DNA of 64,000 bases from a virus (IMGVR_UViG_3300003310_000099:42295-106294), one strand, 5' to 3'. Shown: positions 40,288 through 49,714, counted from the first letter of the stretch. The notes: generated by a model not told the origin, from the letters alone. Translations and numbers: made by a program.

Positions 40288-40362
40288 TGGGGTAACAATG
40301 GGCGGTAAGATCATAAACCGAATAGGATTGATTTTATTGAGGGTTCGATTCCCTCTTACTCC
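40288..40362 (+). ncRNA. degenerate tRNA-like element (no foldable anticodon arm)
   Basis: Acceptor ggggtaa/ttactcc and T-arm gagggTTCGATTccctc are intact, with D-stem atg/cat. The 24-nt central region has no 5-bp stem with a U33-containing 7-nt loop. Confidence 0.3.
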
Positions 40363-40365
40363 ATT

Positions 40366-40551
40366 ATGAAACTTGAAAACGTTATAAGTTCCTATGTTGC
40401 AGCAGACCTTATAGCAAAGGTTTATGATGCGCCAAAGGACGCTGTTACTTTTGATAAGATGATTGTTGTTTTTAGCAGTCCTGCTTGCAAAAATATCAAA
40501 ATGGTCACTCTTTACGACACAAGAACTCAAAAAGTGACTGGCTCCTATTAA
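40366..40551 (+). CDS. hypothetical protein (61 aa)
   Basis: ATG 4 nt after the tRNA-like element. Confidence 0.35.
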   Translation: MKLENVISSYVAADLIAKVYDAPKDAVTFDKMIVVFSSPACKNIKMVTLYDTRTQKVTGSY

Positions 40552-40817
40552 TGAAAATACTATCAGTAGAACACGATCCCAAGCATTTGCTTTTGGTCGA
40601 TGGCAAATGGGTAATCAATGGTGCCTACGATCTTATTCATCATAAAGATGGTTCATTTGGCAATCATGTCAATGATATTAAGGCTTATTTTGTGATGGAT
40701 GCTTTGCCGACATGGTTAAGGGGAAATTGGGATTATAATACGGTACTGGACAAGGCTGAGAAATACATTGAGTCGCACAAAAGCCAATTTACTCACTTGA
40801 GGTTTGAAATGTTATGA
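40551..40817 (+). CDS. hypothetical protein (~88 aa)
   Basis: Internal ATG of track ORF 40485..40817, overlapping the upstream stop (TAATG). Confidence 0.4.
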   Translation: MKILSVEHDPKHLLLVDGKWVINGAYDLIHHKDGSFGNHVNDIKAYFVMDALPTWLRGNWDYNTVLDKAEKYIESHKSQFTHLRFEML

Positions 40818-41023
40818 CTAAGCAAGAAATGGAATTGTCGCAAGCTTTTACTGATTTAGAATTTAAAATGAGAGAATTGAGAACGGCGTGGACTATTAGT
40901 AAGACTTTGGGACCACAAAAACATGCTTATTGGGATTCTTGGTTGGAACCAGCAGAGAAAAGTCTGGCAAATTTCAAGGCAAAGTTCTATAATATCATGC
41001 TAGAGATTGAAGAACCTGAATAA
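40814..41023 (+). CDS. hypothetical protein (69 aa)
   Basis: ORF with ATGA overlap. Confidence 0.4.
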   Translation: MTKQEMELSQAFTDLEFKMRELRTAWTISKTLGPQKHAYWDSWLEPAEKSLANFKAKFYNIMLEIEEPE

Positions 41024-41111
41024 ATAGTGTATTGATGAAGCATGGCCTACCCAGGCTCACAGGGGAACGCTGCTCTGCGGGATAAGCAGATATAAAACAC
41101 CCGCAACGAAT

Positions 41112-41183
41112 GGCCCTATGGCGTAATGGACAGCGCGACAATCTTCTAAATTGTAGGTCCAGGTTCGATTCCTGGTAGGGCTA
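41112..41183 (+). tRNA. tRNA-Arg (TCT), second copy
   Basis: Acceptor ggcccta/tagggct, D-stem gcg/cgc, anticodon arm acaat-ctTCTaa-attgt, T-arm ccaggTTCGATTcctgg. Confidence 0.6.
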
Positions 41184-41631
41184 CTTCTAACAAGTTATGG
41201 TCAAATTCCCAATGACAATTAGGACATAATGCTAAAAGGTTGCTGGGGTGGTTTATGACACTAACCATAGTTTCTAGTGCAAAAGAACTAATACTCTTAA
41301 TGTGAGCGACTTCAAAATGTTTACAATAGCCACAGTTTTGACAATTTTTAATACCTAATTTTTTCATCACCGCCCTGGCTCTTGTGCGTACTAAAGCAAA
41401 TGCAGAAGATTTATGATGTTTAATATAAATGACTTCACCTAATGTTTTATCAGTGCGTTGAACTTTACAGTTTTTGCAGTATCTTCTATTTGTAGAAATC
41501 ATGCATCGACAACTTTTGCATGTACCCTCTAATTTACGTCTAGGGAATTTTCTATTGTTGAAGGATACCGAACAGTTCATTGAACAAAATTTAGGATTTT
41601 TGGTTTCTTTTTGGCAATTTGTACAAATCAT
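41146..41631 (-). CDS. HNH endonuclease (minus strand)
   Basis: 161 aa. CTNCQK…CSMNC zinc finger, VAHIKSIS…LCPNCHWEFDHN (HNH). Its last 12 codons are antisense to the tRNA-Arg 3' half. Confidence 0.7.
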   Translation of the reverse strand: MICTNCQKETKNPKFCSMNCSVSFNNRKFPRRKLEGTCKSCRCMISTNRRYCKNCKVQRTDKTLGEVIYIKHHKSSAFALVRTRARAVMKKLGIKNCQNCGYCKHFEVAHIKSISSFALETMVSVINHPSNLLALCPNCHWEFDHNLLEVALPGIEPGPTI

Positions 41632-41720
41632 TTTTCACTCCTTGGTGAATAATTGTAGCAAATTGCCAATTGTTTTGCTAGTATATATCATATGTCCCTG
41701 TAGCTCAGTGGAATAGAGCA

Positions 41721-42239
41721 ATGGATGAATCCCTGCCAGGGATACTGATGATTTCTCCAATTCAATCATTTCTTGCACATTGGTTCGGTTGCAGTGTTCT
41801 ATTAGCTGCAATTCTTGGGCTATGGTTTGGCGACGAACAATTTACTTGGTCCAGAACAACTCATAATTTAGTCTTTGTCAGCTTGCTTTTAGTTGGCTTT
41901 ACTGTTGCGACTTTGTTGAATTTCAAACGTATAAAGGAGCAAATCATGGGCGTAGACTTCTTCCCTTGTGATTCTTGTAGTGAATCAATCTGCGACTGTG
42001 GTGATTATGTTCAATGTAATGATGGGTGTTATCGTAGATGGTGTGATTTGAAGTGTGCCAAAAAAGATGGTTTTCGGTACGAGGATGAAGACCATGAAGA
42101 AAAATCTTGTTCATTTTGCAGAAATGAAGCAGCGGAAGATTCTGACCTTTTCAACTTCTTACTGAAGAAGTATAATCTCAAGAGAGATACAGTTCTCAGT
42201 GAGTATTTAGAAAAACAGAAAGAGGCTGAAAATGGATAG
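41721..42239 (+). CDS. membrane protein with Cys-rich cytoplasmic domain (172 aa)
   Basis: Two TM segments, then CDSCSESICDCGDYVQCNDGCYRRWCDLKC. The start codon sits inside a tRNA 5'-half remnant. Confidence 0.45.
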   Translation: MDESLPGILMISPIQSFLAHWFGCSVLLAAILGLWFGDEQFTWSRTTHNLVFVSLLLVGFTVATLLNFKRIKEQIMGVDFFPCDSCSESICDCGDYVQCNDGCYRRWCDLKCAKKDGFRYEDEDHEEKSCSFCRNEAAEDSDLFNFLLKKYNLKRDTVLSEYLEKQKEAENG

Positions 42240-42438
42240 TCCACTGTACATTAAACTTTGTGACAAGCCATTTCACCACAATATTGATGTAAATGATCGT
42301 GGCAGTGTTATTCTTGACATTGCCGAAGACGGGGATATAATAGGTGTTGAAATCTTGAATCGTGGTTATAAAATAACCACTGATGATGGTCTGTCACTTA
42401 TAAGTGACTATTATGGTGGGAACAATGAACAAGATTGA
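42232..42438 (+). CDS. hypothetical protein (68 aa)
   Basis: ORF. Confidence 0.4.
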   Translation: MDSPLYIKLCDKPFHHNIDVNDRGSVILDIAEDGDIIGVEILNRGYKITTDDGLSLISDYYGGNNEQD

Positions 42439-42592
42439 AGTTGAATTAACGGAAGCATTGATTAAAATTGAGCATGATGCGGCGAAGATTGCTGCTTATC
42501 ATGGCAGTGGCGGTCTTGTCCAAGCGTTAACCAAAGATTTGGCTGATTTTAAAGTCATATTATTTAAGTTGTTAGCAGAGGAGAATGAATAA
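42404..42592 (+). CDS. hypothetical protein (62 aa)
   Basis: ORF. Confidence 0.35.
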   Translation: MTIMVGTMNKIEVELTEALIKIEHDAAKIAAYHGSGGLVQALTKDLADFKVILFKLLAEENE

Positions 42593-42890
42593 AATGTGGC
42601 CAGGTTTTCCAGCACCAACAGCACCGCCTGCACAAACACCAAAACCTAAAACGATAGGCACACCTATCTATCCTCCTAGTGGGCAGATGCCGCCTATAAT
42701 ACATGTTACGCCGATTAATATACCTCCAACTATAACAATCACTAGTGATCCAGCACCACAGAGTATGAAGTCTATATTTCATGAGTTTGCTGGTATTAAA
42801 GAACCTGACAGATGTACTTGTGATATCATGAAATTAATGGCGGTTGGTTGTAAGTGTGGTCAATTTCAAAGAGAGCAGAGCAAGAAATGA
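42585..42890 (+). CDS. Pro-rich protein (101 aa)
   Basis: PAPTAPPAQTPKPKTIGTPIYPPSGQMPPIIHVTPINIPPTITI. Confidence 0.4.
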   Translation: MNKMWPGFPAPTAPPAQTPKPKTIGTPIYPPSGQMPPIIHVTPINIPPTITITSDPAPQSMKSIFHEFAGIKEPDRCTCDIMKLMAVGCKCGQFQREQSKK

Positions 42891-43156
42891 AAGTCACACC
42901 TGAAATTCTTTTAAGCATGGGGTTTTATGAAACTCTCGATGGTGCAGGTGGCATAGTTTACTCTTTAAGATTACACCATGCTTTATTTACTGTTGAGAAA
43001 TTTCACGATTATTGGAAATTTTGCAATCACAGTAATGGGCACTGGCACTCTATTACTGATGTAGAAGAAATGATCCCGTTTGCTTTCCATGACGGTTATG
43101 ATGCTGGCGTATATGACACGAAGAGGCAAATGCGGGAATTTCTAGGCTGCAAATAA
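42854..43156 (+). CDS. hypothetical protein (100 aa)
   Basis: ORF. Confidence 0.4.
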   Translation: MWSISKRAEQEMKVTPEILLSMGFYETLDGAGGIVYSLRLHHALFTVEKFHDYWKFCNHSNGHWHSITDVEEMIPFAFHDGYDAGVYDTKRQMREFLGCK

Positions 43157-43161
43157 TCCAC

Positions 43162-43189
43162 TTTACAAAGTCGGAATTTGTGGTATATA
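43162..43189 (+). promoter_or_regulatory. sigma70-like promoter P3 (-35 TTTACA, 16-nt spacer, extended -10 TGTGGTATATA)
   Basis: CTTTACAAA…TTTGTGGTATATA has the same architecture as P1 (CTTTACAAA…TTTGTGTTATACT). The predicted start site is ~3 nt before the 5' end of the type II tRNA at 43199. Confidence 0.5.
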
Positions 43190-43198
43190 TAAAGTAGA

Positions 43199-43286
43199 CG
43201 GAGCGAGCTTCGGTAAGCACGCGAGTCTTATAAACTCGTAGCCTCTGATTAAGGCGCGGTTTAGGGTTCGACCCCCTACGCTCCGA
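43199..43286 (+). tRNA. type II tRNA (21-nt variable arm) with anticodon read as TAT
   Basis: 88 nt. Acceptor cggagcg/cgctccg perfect. Perfect anticodon arm cgagt-ctTATaa-actcg. Long variable region tagcctctgattaaggcgcgg. T-arm tagggTTCGACCcccta. Confidence 0.5.
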
Positions 43287-43289
43287 TTC

Positions 43290-43502
43290 ATGAAGAACTT
43301 TTGGTTGGATATTATAGATCGGGCTTTAAGATGCTTAGGATATATGCCCGATACAATTAGTAGCTTAATGCCCGATGAAAAGGAAGCTATTATAATTGAA
43401 GAATATCTCTTTATTTTAAGAGAAGATGACGAAGATTGTAGCCCGCTTTCTTTGGAAGAAATGGCGGAATACATAGTCGATTATAAAAGGGGCGCAGTTT
43501 AG
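43290..43502 (+). CDS. hypothetical acidic protein (70 aa)
   Basis: ATG 4 nt after the tRNA. Confidence 0.4.
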   Translation: MKNFWLDIIDRALRCLGYMPDTISSLMPDEKEAIIIEEYLFILREDDEDCSPLSLEEMAEYIVDYKRGAV

Positions 43503-43970
43503 ATGGAAGGTCTTACGAAGGAAGAACAGGCCACCAATTTTGACACCTGTTTACACATTCAGAACGTTCAGCACTATATGCATATCCTTATCAAAGATAT
43601 GCTGGATCGTATCGAAGAACACGATCAAAGCAAATTAAGGCATCCTGAAGTCGAAGCATTTACAGAACACACTCCTAAGTTAGCTGGTCTAACCTATGGC
43701 AGTCCTGAATTCGAGGCTTGTAAAAAGGCTATGGGACCAGCTTTAGCTCACCATTATGCTAATAATAGACACCATCCAGAGCATTTCAAAAATGGCATCA
43801 TAGACATGAATTTGGTTGATTTAATTGAAATGTTTTGTGACTGGAAAGCAAGTTCAACCAGACACAATGATGGCAATATTCGCAAGAGCATTGAAATCAA
43901 CGGCAACCGATTTAATCTGTCGCCGCAATTGATTAAGATTTTTGAGAATACAGCAGAACTTTTTGATTAA
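43503..43970 (+). CDS. hypothetical His-rich protein (155 aa)
   Basis: HHYANNRHHPEHF motif. Confidence 0.45.
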   Translation: MEGLTKEEQATNFDTCLHIQNVQHYMHILIKDMLDRIEEHDQSKLRHPEVEAFTEHTPKLAGLTYGSPEFEACKKAMGPALAHHYANNRHHPEHFKNGIIDMNLVDLIEMFCDWKASSTRHNDGNIRKSIEINGNRFNLSPQLIKIFENTAELFD

Positions 43971-43984
43971 ACCCTAAATAGAGT

Positions 43985-44425
43985 ATGAGTTTCAAACAAT
44001 ATCTCTTATTCCATGAAATGTCTTATGCTTTACTACCAAGGAAAGTAAGTGTTAGTGGAATGGATATGCCGTGTCCTGGTAAGATTGCTGTTGATTCCAT
44101 AGATATGCGTTTTGAGGATTATGAGGAAGGCAGGCGATTTTTACCTGATAAGCCATTTTGGGCTATTTTGCCTGGGTCTGACACATATTTAGTTTACCAC
44201 GGCAATAAAGCACCATTTGGTTCATCAAAAACAGATTTGATGAATGCTATGACAGCCGCTCCATATATTGAAGAGTATGAAGCCGCTCCTAGAGATTGGT
44301 GGAAATGGGCAGAAGGTTCTTCTGGCAATGATCGACTAAAACTAGCGTACAAGCTACGCGATGGGGAGAAAGCGAGTCAAGACGGCTGTGAACATGAACC
44401 AGCTATAACACAATATGCATACTAA
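43985..44425 (+). CDS. hypothetical protein (146 aa)
   Basis: ORF. Confidence 0.45.
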   Translation: MSFKQYLLFHEMSYALLPRKVSVSGMDMPCPGKIAVDSIDMRFEDYEEGRRFLPDKPFWAILPGSDTYLVYHGNKAPFGSSKTDLMNAMTAAPYIEEYEAAPRDWWKWAEGSSGNDRLKLAYKLRDGEKASQDGCEHEPAITQYAY

Positions 44426-44633
44426 ATGGTGTCTTGTTAATCACAATGGCAATCGAGGATTTGGTGGCGATATCGCTACCTTTGCGTCATTTCTAGGTAG
44501 AGTTTACCCCTTGAAAGTGGGTCTGTGGCGTTGGGAAATCCGTGAATTGCCCAGCAGAAAGCTAATCTTCATCGGTTCAGCCAAAACGAGAGAGTTAGCT
44601 AAAACAATTGTAGAAACCAAGGTGAAATCATGA
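44415..44633 (+). CDS. hypothetical protein (72 aa)
   Basis: ORF. Confidence 0.4.
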   Translation: MHTKWCLVNHNGNRGFGGDIATFASFLGRVYPLKVGLWRWEIRELPSRKLIFIGSAKTRELAKTIVETKVKS

Positions 44634-44959
44634 TGAATCGCAGAAATCTGTTTGGCGTTCTGTTTGGCGGCATTGCATCAGCTTTAGGTTTGGGTTGCGG
44701 CCCAAGAACTCCTGATAAACGCAGAGTAGAAGAGTCGGTTACAGAAGAAACAGTCCGTAGAATTCAAGCTGCAAATCATTTAAGAGATGCCAAGTTAATG
44801 TCAGACCATGACATACTGACCAAGTGGCTGAAGTATTCAGATGAAGAAGCAACCGAGATGCTTGCTAAACTCAAAATTCAGAAGTTGGAAGAACTCAAGT
44901 TACAGATTCTCGCACAGAATCCATGTGGTTTGATGGTTAAACTCCCTGGTGAAGCATAA
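44630..44959 (+). CDS. protein with Tat-like N-terminus (MMNRRNLFGVLFGGIASALGLGCG), 109 aa
   Basis: RR-x-LF motif followed by a hydrophobic stretch ending in LGC, which may be a lipobox. Confidence 0.45.
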   Translation: MMNRRNLFGVLFGGIASALGLGCGPRTPDKRRVEESVTEETVRRIQAANHLRDAKLMSDHDILTKWLKYSDEEATEMLAKLKIQKLEELKLQILAQNPCGLMVKLPGEA

Positions 44960-45372
44960 TGCTAAGCAGAGTAGCTTGGAAATCGTATAAAAAGGATGGA
45001 GGCATAGGACGTGCCTCCATCAATCATTATACGGCTGACAATAAGAAGACTTTGTGCAATAAGGATATTCCTGGCACAAGTGAAGTGCATTGTTATGATG
45101 CATTCGGCCCGACTGATTGCGAGCGTTGTCTTAACAGAAAGTCTTTGGCAGAAGATGCAATGAAGAAGGCATCTGAAAAGCCTGCTCATTTTAAGCAAGT
45201 TGTTGAAGAGTGTGGTGGTAACTATGAATTCAAGGATGGTGTTCATAGTGCATGGTGGGACGCATACGGCGACAAAAAGAACCTGTATATTGCCTACGGG
45301 CGTCTTACGTCAATGATTAGTGTTGGCGATAGTCTTAGCTTAACTGAAAATTGGTTGTATTTCAAACAATGA
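44959..45372 (+). CDS. hypothetical protein (137 aa)
   Basis: ORF. Confidence 0.45.
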   Translation: MLSRVAWKSYKKDGGIGRASINHYTADNKKTLCNKDIPGTSEVHCYDAFGPTDCERCLNRKSLAEDAMKKASEKPAHFKQVVEECGGNYEFKDGVHSAWWDAYGDKKNLYIAYGRLTSMISVGDSLSLTENWLYFKQ

Positions 45373-45722
45373 GAATTATGAAAACCAAAGTAAAATTAAT
45401 TCGACTCAGGCAGGAAACAACGGAGGTCGAGGTTGAAGTTCCTGACATTCTCTCTATTGAGGGGGATAATGACCAAGAACTTTATTATAATTTGTCCAAA
45501 GCTATTCTTGAACGCGCAAGGGCAAATGCCAAGGATTGGAAGTCGGGCGATTGTTCGGAAGCTTCTTTTAACAACCAGTACATTGACGAATTGGACGTTA
45601 ATGAGAACATCTGTATTTGTGGACATACTTATCATAGGCATTTCGATTCATATGAAAATATGCGGCCCGTTGGCTGCAAATATTGCGGTTGTGATTGTTT
45701 TGTAGGAAAATCCGATGAATGA
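45351..45722 (+). CDS. hypothetical zinc-finger protein (123 aa)
   Basis: CICGHTYHRH…CKYCGCDC. Confidence 0.45.
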   Translation: MVVFQTMRIMKTKVKLIRLRQETTEVEVEVPDILSIEGDNDQELYYNLSKAILERARANAKDWKSGDCSEASFNNQYIDELDVNENICICGHTYHRHFDSYENMRPVGCKYCGCDCFVGKSDE

Positions 45723-45891
45723 GTATGATAGGCGGCAAGTCTGGATGGAACGTTTGAGTAAAGAATTCAGGGATTATGAGAATCACCACGATTCTCATAG
45801 ATTTCTTTCTTCCATTGCACAGATGTTGACTTTGAGGGACAAAAGAGTGTATGATTTGACAGAAGCAATTAAGGACATGTTGGATAAATAA
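45718..45891 (+). CDS. hypothetical protein (57 aa)
   Basis: Below the track cut-off. Confidence 0.3.
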   Translation, partial: NEYDRRQVWMERLSKEFRDYENHHDSHRFLSSIAQMLTLRDKRVYDLTEAIKDMLDK

Positions 45892-45894
45892 ATC

Positions 45895-46101
45895 ATGCGT
45901 GACCCACAAAGAATTCCAGAAATCATGCCTTTACTCCAAAGTGTCTGGGCGGAAGCACCCGATTTAAGATTAGGACAATTACTCTGTGCATTGTGTTATT
46001 TAGCATCAAGCACAACTGACGTGTTTAACATGGAAGAGGATCAACTGTTACTTGGAATTCAAAGATTTCATGAAGCTCGCCTCAATCGACCCACAGAATA
46101 G
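45895..46101 (+). CDS. hypothetical protein (68 aa)
   Basis: ORF. Confidence 0.4.
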   Translation: MRDPQRIPEIMPLLQSVWAEAPDLRLGQLLCALCYLASSTTDVFNMEEDQLLLGIQRFHEARLNRPTE

Positions 46102-46110
46102 GAATTCGAT

Positions 46111-46470
46111 ATGTCAGAAGACCCGCGATATGTAGTCAGCTTACAGACCGTGGATGATAGGTCTTGTTATAAAGACTTTTTCGAAACTAATAAGCTTGAA
46201 GAGGCAAAAAAAGAAGCTGACGAAACTGCCGAGAGAAGCCAAAGATCAACACTTGTGTTTGACAGGAAATTTGGTACGATATACAAGAAGGAAATCGTCA
46301 GACCAAATGATACAGTTGTCAAACCTGTTGCAAAGCCACAACCTACCAGAGTTGTTAAGAAATCACCTGTAGAAGAACCGCTAGAGACTCCTCCTGCAAA
46401 GAAAAGGGGTCGGCCCAAAAAGGAAGTTAAGGCTAAAAAGCAACAAACTCCTAATGAAGATTACTTCTAA
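46111..46470 (+). CDS. protein with AT-hook-like basic C-terminus (119 aa)
   Basis: PAKKRGRPKKEVKAKKQQ contains a GRP AT-hook core. Confidence 0.45.
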   Translation: MSEDPRYVVSLQTVDDRSCYKDFFETNKLEEAKKEADETAERSQRSTLVFDRKFGTIYKKEIVRPNDTVVKPVAKPQPTRVVKKSPVEEPLETPPAKKRGRPKKEVKAKKQQTPNEDYF

Positions 46471-47078
46471 TGCTTCAAGCCGAAAAAGACATGTTGAAGA
46501 GTATAGTCGAGAAAATTGTTTCACCAAGCACAGAGACTATACCAGATGAAGAAAAGGACATGTTGAAGAGTATTTTGGTTAAAATATTATCACCAAAAGA
46601 TGAAGATGACATGCCTGTATTACGGGACGCAATACAAGGTGCTAGAAATAAAGGCAGTCTTATGTCAATTGACCAAGCCCTGAAAGAAAGATTAGAAAGT
46701 CTTCCTGCGAAAAAATGGAAGTCGCATGAGCATTTTAAGATCATTTGTGAGTTTTTGTTGTCACCATTGTTGCCTGAATTAATCGAAGCCAACAATGTCA
46801 TGCACCGTGTTCATGTTTCAAAGACAGAAGGTCGTATTCTATCTGTATCTCTCCAATATGAAAAACCTAAGAAATCAGGGATGCTTTATCGTCTATTCAG
46901 GTACATTAAGCCTTGGGCAACTGGCTTAAGCATCAAGAATGATGATTATCGCATGTTTGTATGCGAATATTACAAATATAGTTATTTTGCATTGGCAGAA
47001 CAACTAAAAAATCTTTATTATGAAAAACTTCATGGTGCGTTCCATGTTGGTTTTGCTCTAGTTGATAAAACTAAGTAA
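46470..47078 (+). CDS. hypothetical protein with tandem KDMLKSI repeat (202 aa)
   Basis: EKDMLKSIVEKIVSP and EKDMLKSILVKILSP direct repeats near the N-terminus. Confidence 0.45.
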   Translation: MLQAEKDMLKSIVEKIVSPSTETIPDEEKDMLKSILVKILSPKDEDDMPVLRDAIQGARNKGSLMSIDQALKERLESLPAKKWKSHEHFKIICEFLLSPLLPELIEANNVMHRVHVSKTEGRILSVSLQYEKPKKSGMLYRLFRYIKPWATGLSIKNDDYRMFVCEYYKYSYFALAEQLKNLYYEKLHGAFHVGFALVDKTK

Positions 47079-47088
47079 GGAGAGACTT

Positions 47089-47481
47089 ATGACGCAGGAA
47101 GAAATTTTCTCAAAAGTGAAAACTGTTATTGTTGAATCTTTGGGTGTGGATGAGGATGAAGTCACTTTAGATTCCAAGCTTGCTGCTGATCTAGGTGCAG
47201 AATCCATCGACTTCTTGGACATTACATTCAGGCTGGAAAGACAGTTTGGATTCCGAATCCCTCATAATGAACTCTTCCCAACAGATATTTTCAAGGATGT
47301 TGATGATTGTGTAAAGGATGGCAAAGTCACACCTAAAGGCATCGACCTGTTGAAAAGCAAGATTCCTTTTGCCAACTTTACTGAATGGGAATCTAATCCA
47401 CAGTATAACACTGTCACAGACGCTTTCACTGTAAGCACTTTGGTTAAGTATATTGGTCTTCAGCAAACTGTCATTAGTTAA
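47089..47481 (+). CDS. acyl-carrier-protein-like protein with C-terminal extension
   Basis: LAADLGAESIDFLDITFRLERQFG matches the ACP phosphopantetheine-attachment motif (DLGxDSLD…); Ser in GAES. 130 aa, so longer than a canonical ACP. Confidence 0.5.
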   Translation: MTQEEIFSKVKTVIVESLGVDEDEVTLDSKLAADLGAESIDFLDITFRLERQFGFRIPHNELFPTDIFKDVDDCVKDGKVTPKGIDLLKSKIPFANFTEWESNPQYNTVTDAFTVSTLVKYIGLQQTVIS

Positions 47482-47607
47482 GGAGAACTTTATGTACTAC
47501 TTATTTACGGAATGTCCTGATGGGGATTGGGAACTGATTGCTGAATCTCGTAGCTTGCAATATATTTCTAAATTGGAAGCTAAATTGGAAAGTCAAGGTA
47601 TTATAAC

Positions 47608-48384
47608 ATGTATGACGGGTTGGTAAACCAAATACATTGCTGTGATTACCTTGAACTACTGAACCAGATTAATGATAACTCTGTAGATGTTATCATTAGT
47701 GATCCTCCTTTTGGTATTAATTATCAAAATAATTATACCAAAAGCCAGCATCAAGTCTTAAAAGGCGATGAGGCTAAGTTCTCTTATTTAGAATTCGGTA
47801 GGGAAGCTTACCGAATTCTAAAAGAGAATACTGCCATATTTGTCTTTACTGGTTGGAGCGAGTACCCAGAACACTACAAACAGTTAGAATCTTGTGGTTT
47901 CTCTATGAAGGAGCCACTGATCTGTCAGAAAAGGGCTTCTGGCAAGACTGATTTGTATGGGTCTTTTCAAACCAATTCTGACTGGATTATATTTGCCCAT
48001 AAAGGCAGATTCAAATTCAAGAAAACCAATCTAATTAAAAATAAAAAAGCTGGTGTTGTGCCGAATAAGGGTAGACAACCAGTGCCAGAGTACAAGACTA
48101 GGTTTCCAAGTTGTTGGTTTGGTGAAGAATATCCCTGGTCGAGTGAAAATTCTGCTTATCAGAAAGCGAACAATATTTACCATCCAACGATAAAAGGCTT
48201 GGAATTTTGCAAGTGGTTAATTCTATTATCTACAGAGCCTGGCGATCTGGTGGTAGACCCATTTGTGGGATCGGGCACTACTGCGGTGGCTGCTTCTATA
48301 TTGTCAAGGGACTTTTTGGCAAGTGAGATAAATACTGATTTTTTTGAAATAGCAAAAAAAAGACTTGGTTCCTTGACATTGTGA
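47608..48384 (+). CDS. DNA methyltransferase (N6-adenine or N4-cytosine, beta class)
   Basis: Motif IV IISDPPFG precedes motif I DPFVGSGTT. No adjacent restriction endonuclease recognised, so probably an orphan methyltransferase. Confidence 0.8.
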   Translation: MYDGLVNQIHCCDYLELLNQINDNSVDVIISDPPFGINYQNNYTKSQHQVLKGDEAKFSYLEFGREAYRILKENTAIFVFTGWSEYPEHYKQLESCGFSMKEPLICQKRASGKTDLYGSFQTNSDWIIFAHKGRFKFKKTNLIKNKKAGVVPNKGRQPVPEYKTRFPSCWFGEEYPWSSENSAYQKANNIYHPTIKGLEFCKWLILLSTEPGDLVVDPFVGSGTTAVAASILSRDFLASEINTDFFEIAKKRLGSLTL

Positions 48385-48400
48385 AAATTCGTAGTATATT
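48373..48400 (+). promoter_or_regulatory. sigma70-like promoter P4 (-35 TTGACA, 16-nt spacer, -10 TATATT)
   Basis: Consensus -35 hexamer. Upstream of small ORF 48416..48592. Confidence 0.45.
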
Positions 48401-48415
48401 TACTTAGGTGCTTTA

Positions 48416-48592
48416 TGAAAATGGAAACTTGCATTGAGGTTGCGGCGAGAGTTTGGTGCGATAAGGCATTTCAGCATGTTGTGATGGACCCTGATGCAGC
48501 CATGAAAATTGCAAATATTTTGTATTTTGTGGCGAACGCGGACGAATCGAGACGTGTCAATGCATTATTGGAAAATACAACTGACGCATAGT
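48416..48592 (+). CDS. hypothetical protein (58 aa)
   Basis: Below the track cut-off. Follows P4. Confidence 0.35.
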
Positions 48593-48757
48593 GAAGTGTA
48601 TTGGTCTTCAAGCATATGCTATAGTCTTTCTTCGGTGCCCAAAGAAGCAGTTCTTGACGGGCATATGCTCAACGCATTTCTTCCTACTGTCCTGAGTGTT
48701 GAGAAGATTACAAAAGAGCAATACAACGAATTCATGTGGGACTGATATATAGTTTGC

Positions 48758-48829
48758 GCCACTTTGGCAGAGCGGTGATGCACTGGTTTTGTAAACCAGA
48801 CTAGCTGGGTTCAACTCCCAGAGGTGGCT
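48758..48829 (+). tRNA. tRNA-Thr (TGT), second copy
   Basis: Acceptor gccactt/aggtggc, D-stem gca/tgc, anticodon arm ctggt-ttTGTaa-accag, T-arm ctgggTTCAACTcccag. Confidence 0.6.
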
Positions 48830-48831
48830 CT

Positions 48832-49059
48832 ATGGATTTTAAGAATAGGAAATACCACAAATTGAAAATTGTAGCCAACGAACCAAAGGATATTTGGTTG
48901 AGTGATGGTGAGGGATTCTTGGTCCAAAAGGAAGATGAAGTGATGGACACTAGCCTCATCCCTGGCAATTACTTTGTGGAATTCGGTCTTGGTAACAAGC
49001 GATATCCCATCAAATTGGATGGAGATTTGGAATTTAAACAATCTGATTTTGGGGAATAA
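48832..49059 (+). CDS. hypothetical protein (75 aa)
   Basis: ATG 3 nt after the tRNA. Confidence 0.4.
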   Translation: MDFKNRKYHKLKIVANEPKDIWLSDGEGFLVQKEDEVMDTSLIPGNYFVEFGLGNKRYPIKLDGDLEFKQSDFGE

Positions 49060-49287
49060 ATGGAGATTGACGCAACAGAAGTAATTGATTATGATTCTTG
49101 GCGAGAAGGTTTATGTGGTGCTTCGGAGCTAGTGGGGCGTGCATTAGTGGTCATGAGTCAGTCTATCGTTGAACCAAACAATGTTCAAGGGGAATTGGCC
49201 CTTGCGTTTTTGAAAAAAGCGGTACAAGAGTTAGAAGAAACTGTGAACACGAACATGAGCAAGCAAGGAGTTGCAACGACCGATTAA
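49060..49287 (+). CDS. hypothetical protein (75 aa)
   Basis: ORF. Confidence 0.4.
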   Translation: MEIDATEVIDYDSWREGLCGASELVGRALVVMSQSIVEPNNVQGELALAFLKKAVQELEETVNTNMSKQGVATTD

Positions 49288-49315
49288 TTGCCTAAGTCGC
49301 AAAGGAGCGATTACC

Positions 49316-49714
49316 ATGTCTGAGATGCTTTTGGATGAGCAAAAAACCATTCCTGTTACCGAGAATTTGAAGACCGCCATTCTTACACTTCTTGAGAATG
49401 GTGGGCAGTTGAACATGGATGCCGATCTAGCGTGCTATTCCACACATGATGGCTACTACTTCGTGGAATATTTTTTCAATGAGGATACAGTCAAATCATT
49501 GAATCTTACTGCACACGAAAAGAAACTTCTGGAAGAGGAAGAAGAGTTGATCGAAATCTTCGACAGCCCAAGTGAAGCTGTTGATTTCTACCTCAGATTG
49601 ACGAATGGCCGAATGATTCCTCTCCCAGACCATTGCCGTAACAGGAATGGCAAGAAAACAATCAAGGAAAGAATTCAGGAAGTAGAAGTATTGGAGAAGG
49701 ATAATTACTTCTAA
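49316..49714 (+). CDS. hypothetical acidic protein (133 aa)
   Basis: Internal ATG of track ORF 49271..49714. Confidence 0.45.
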   Translation: MSEMLLDEQKTIPVTENLKTAILTLLENGGQLNMDADLACYSTHDGYYFVEYFFNEDTVKSLNLTAHEKKLLEEEEELIEIFDSPSEAVDFYLRLTNGRMIPLPDHCRNRNGKKTIKERIQEVEVLEKDNYF

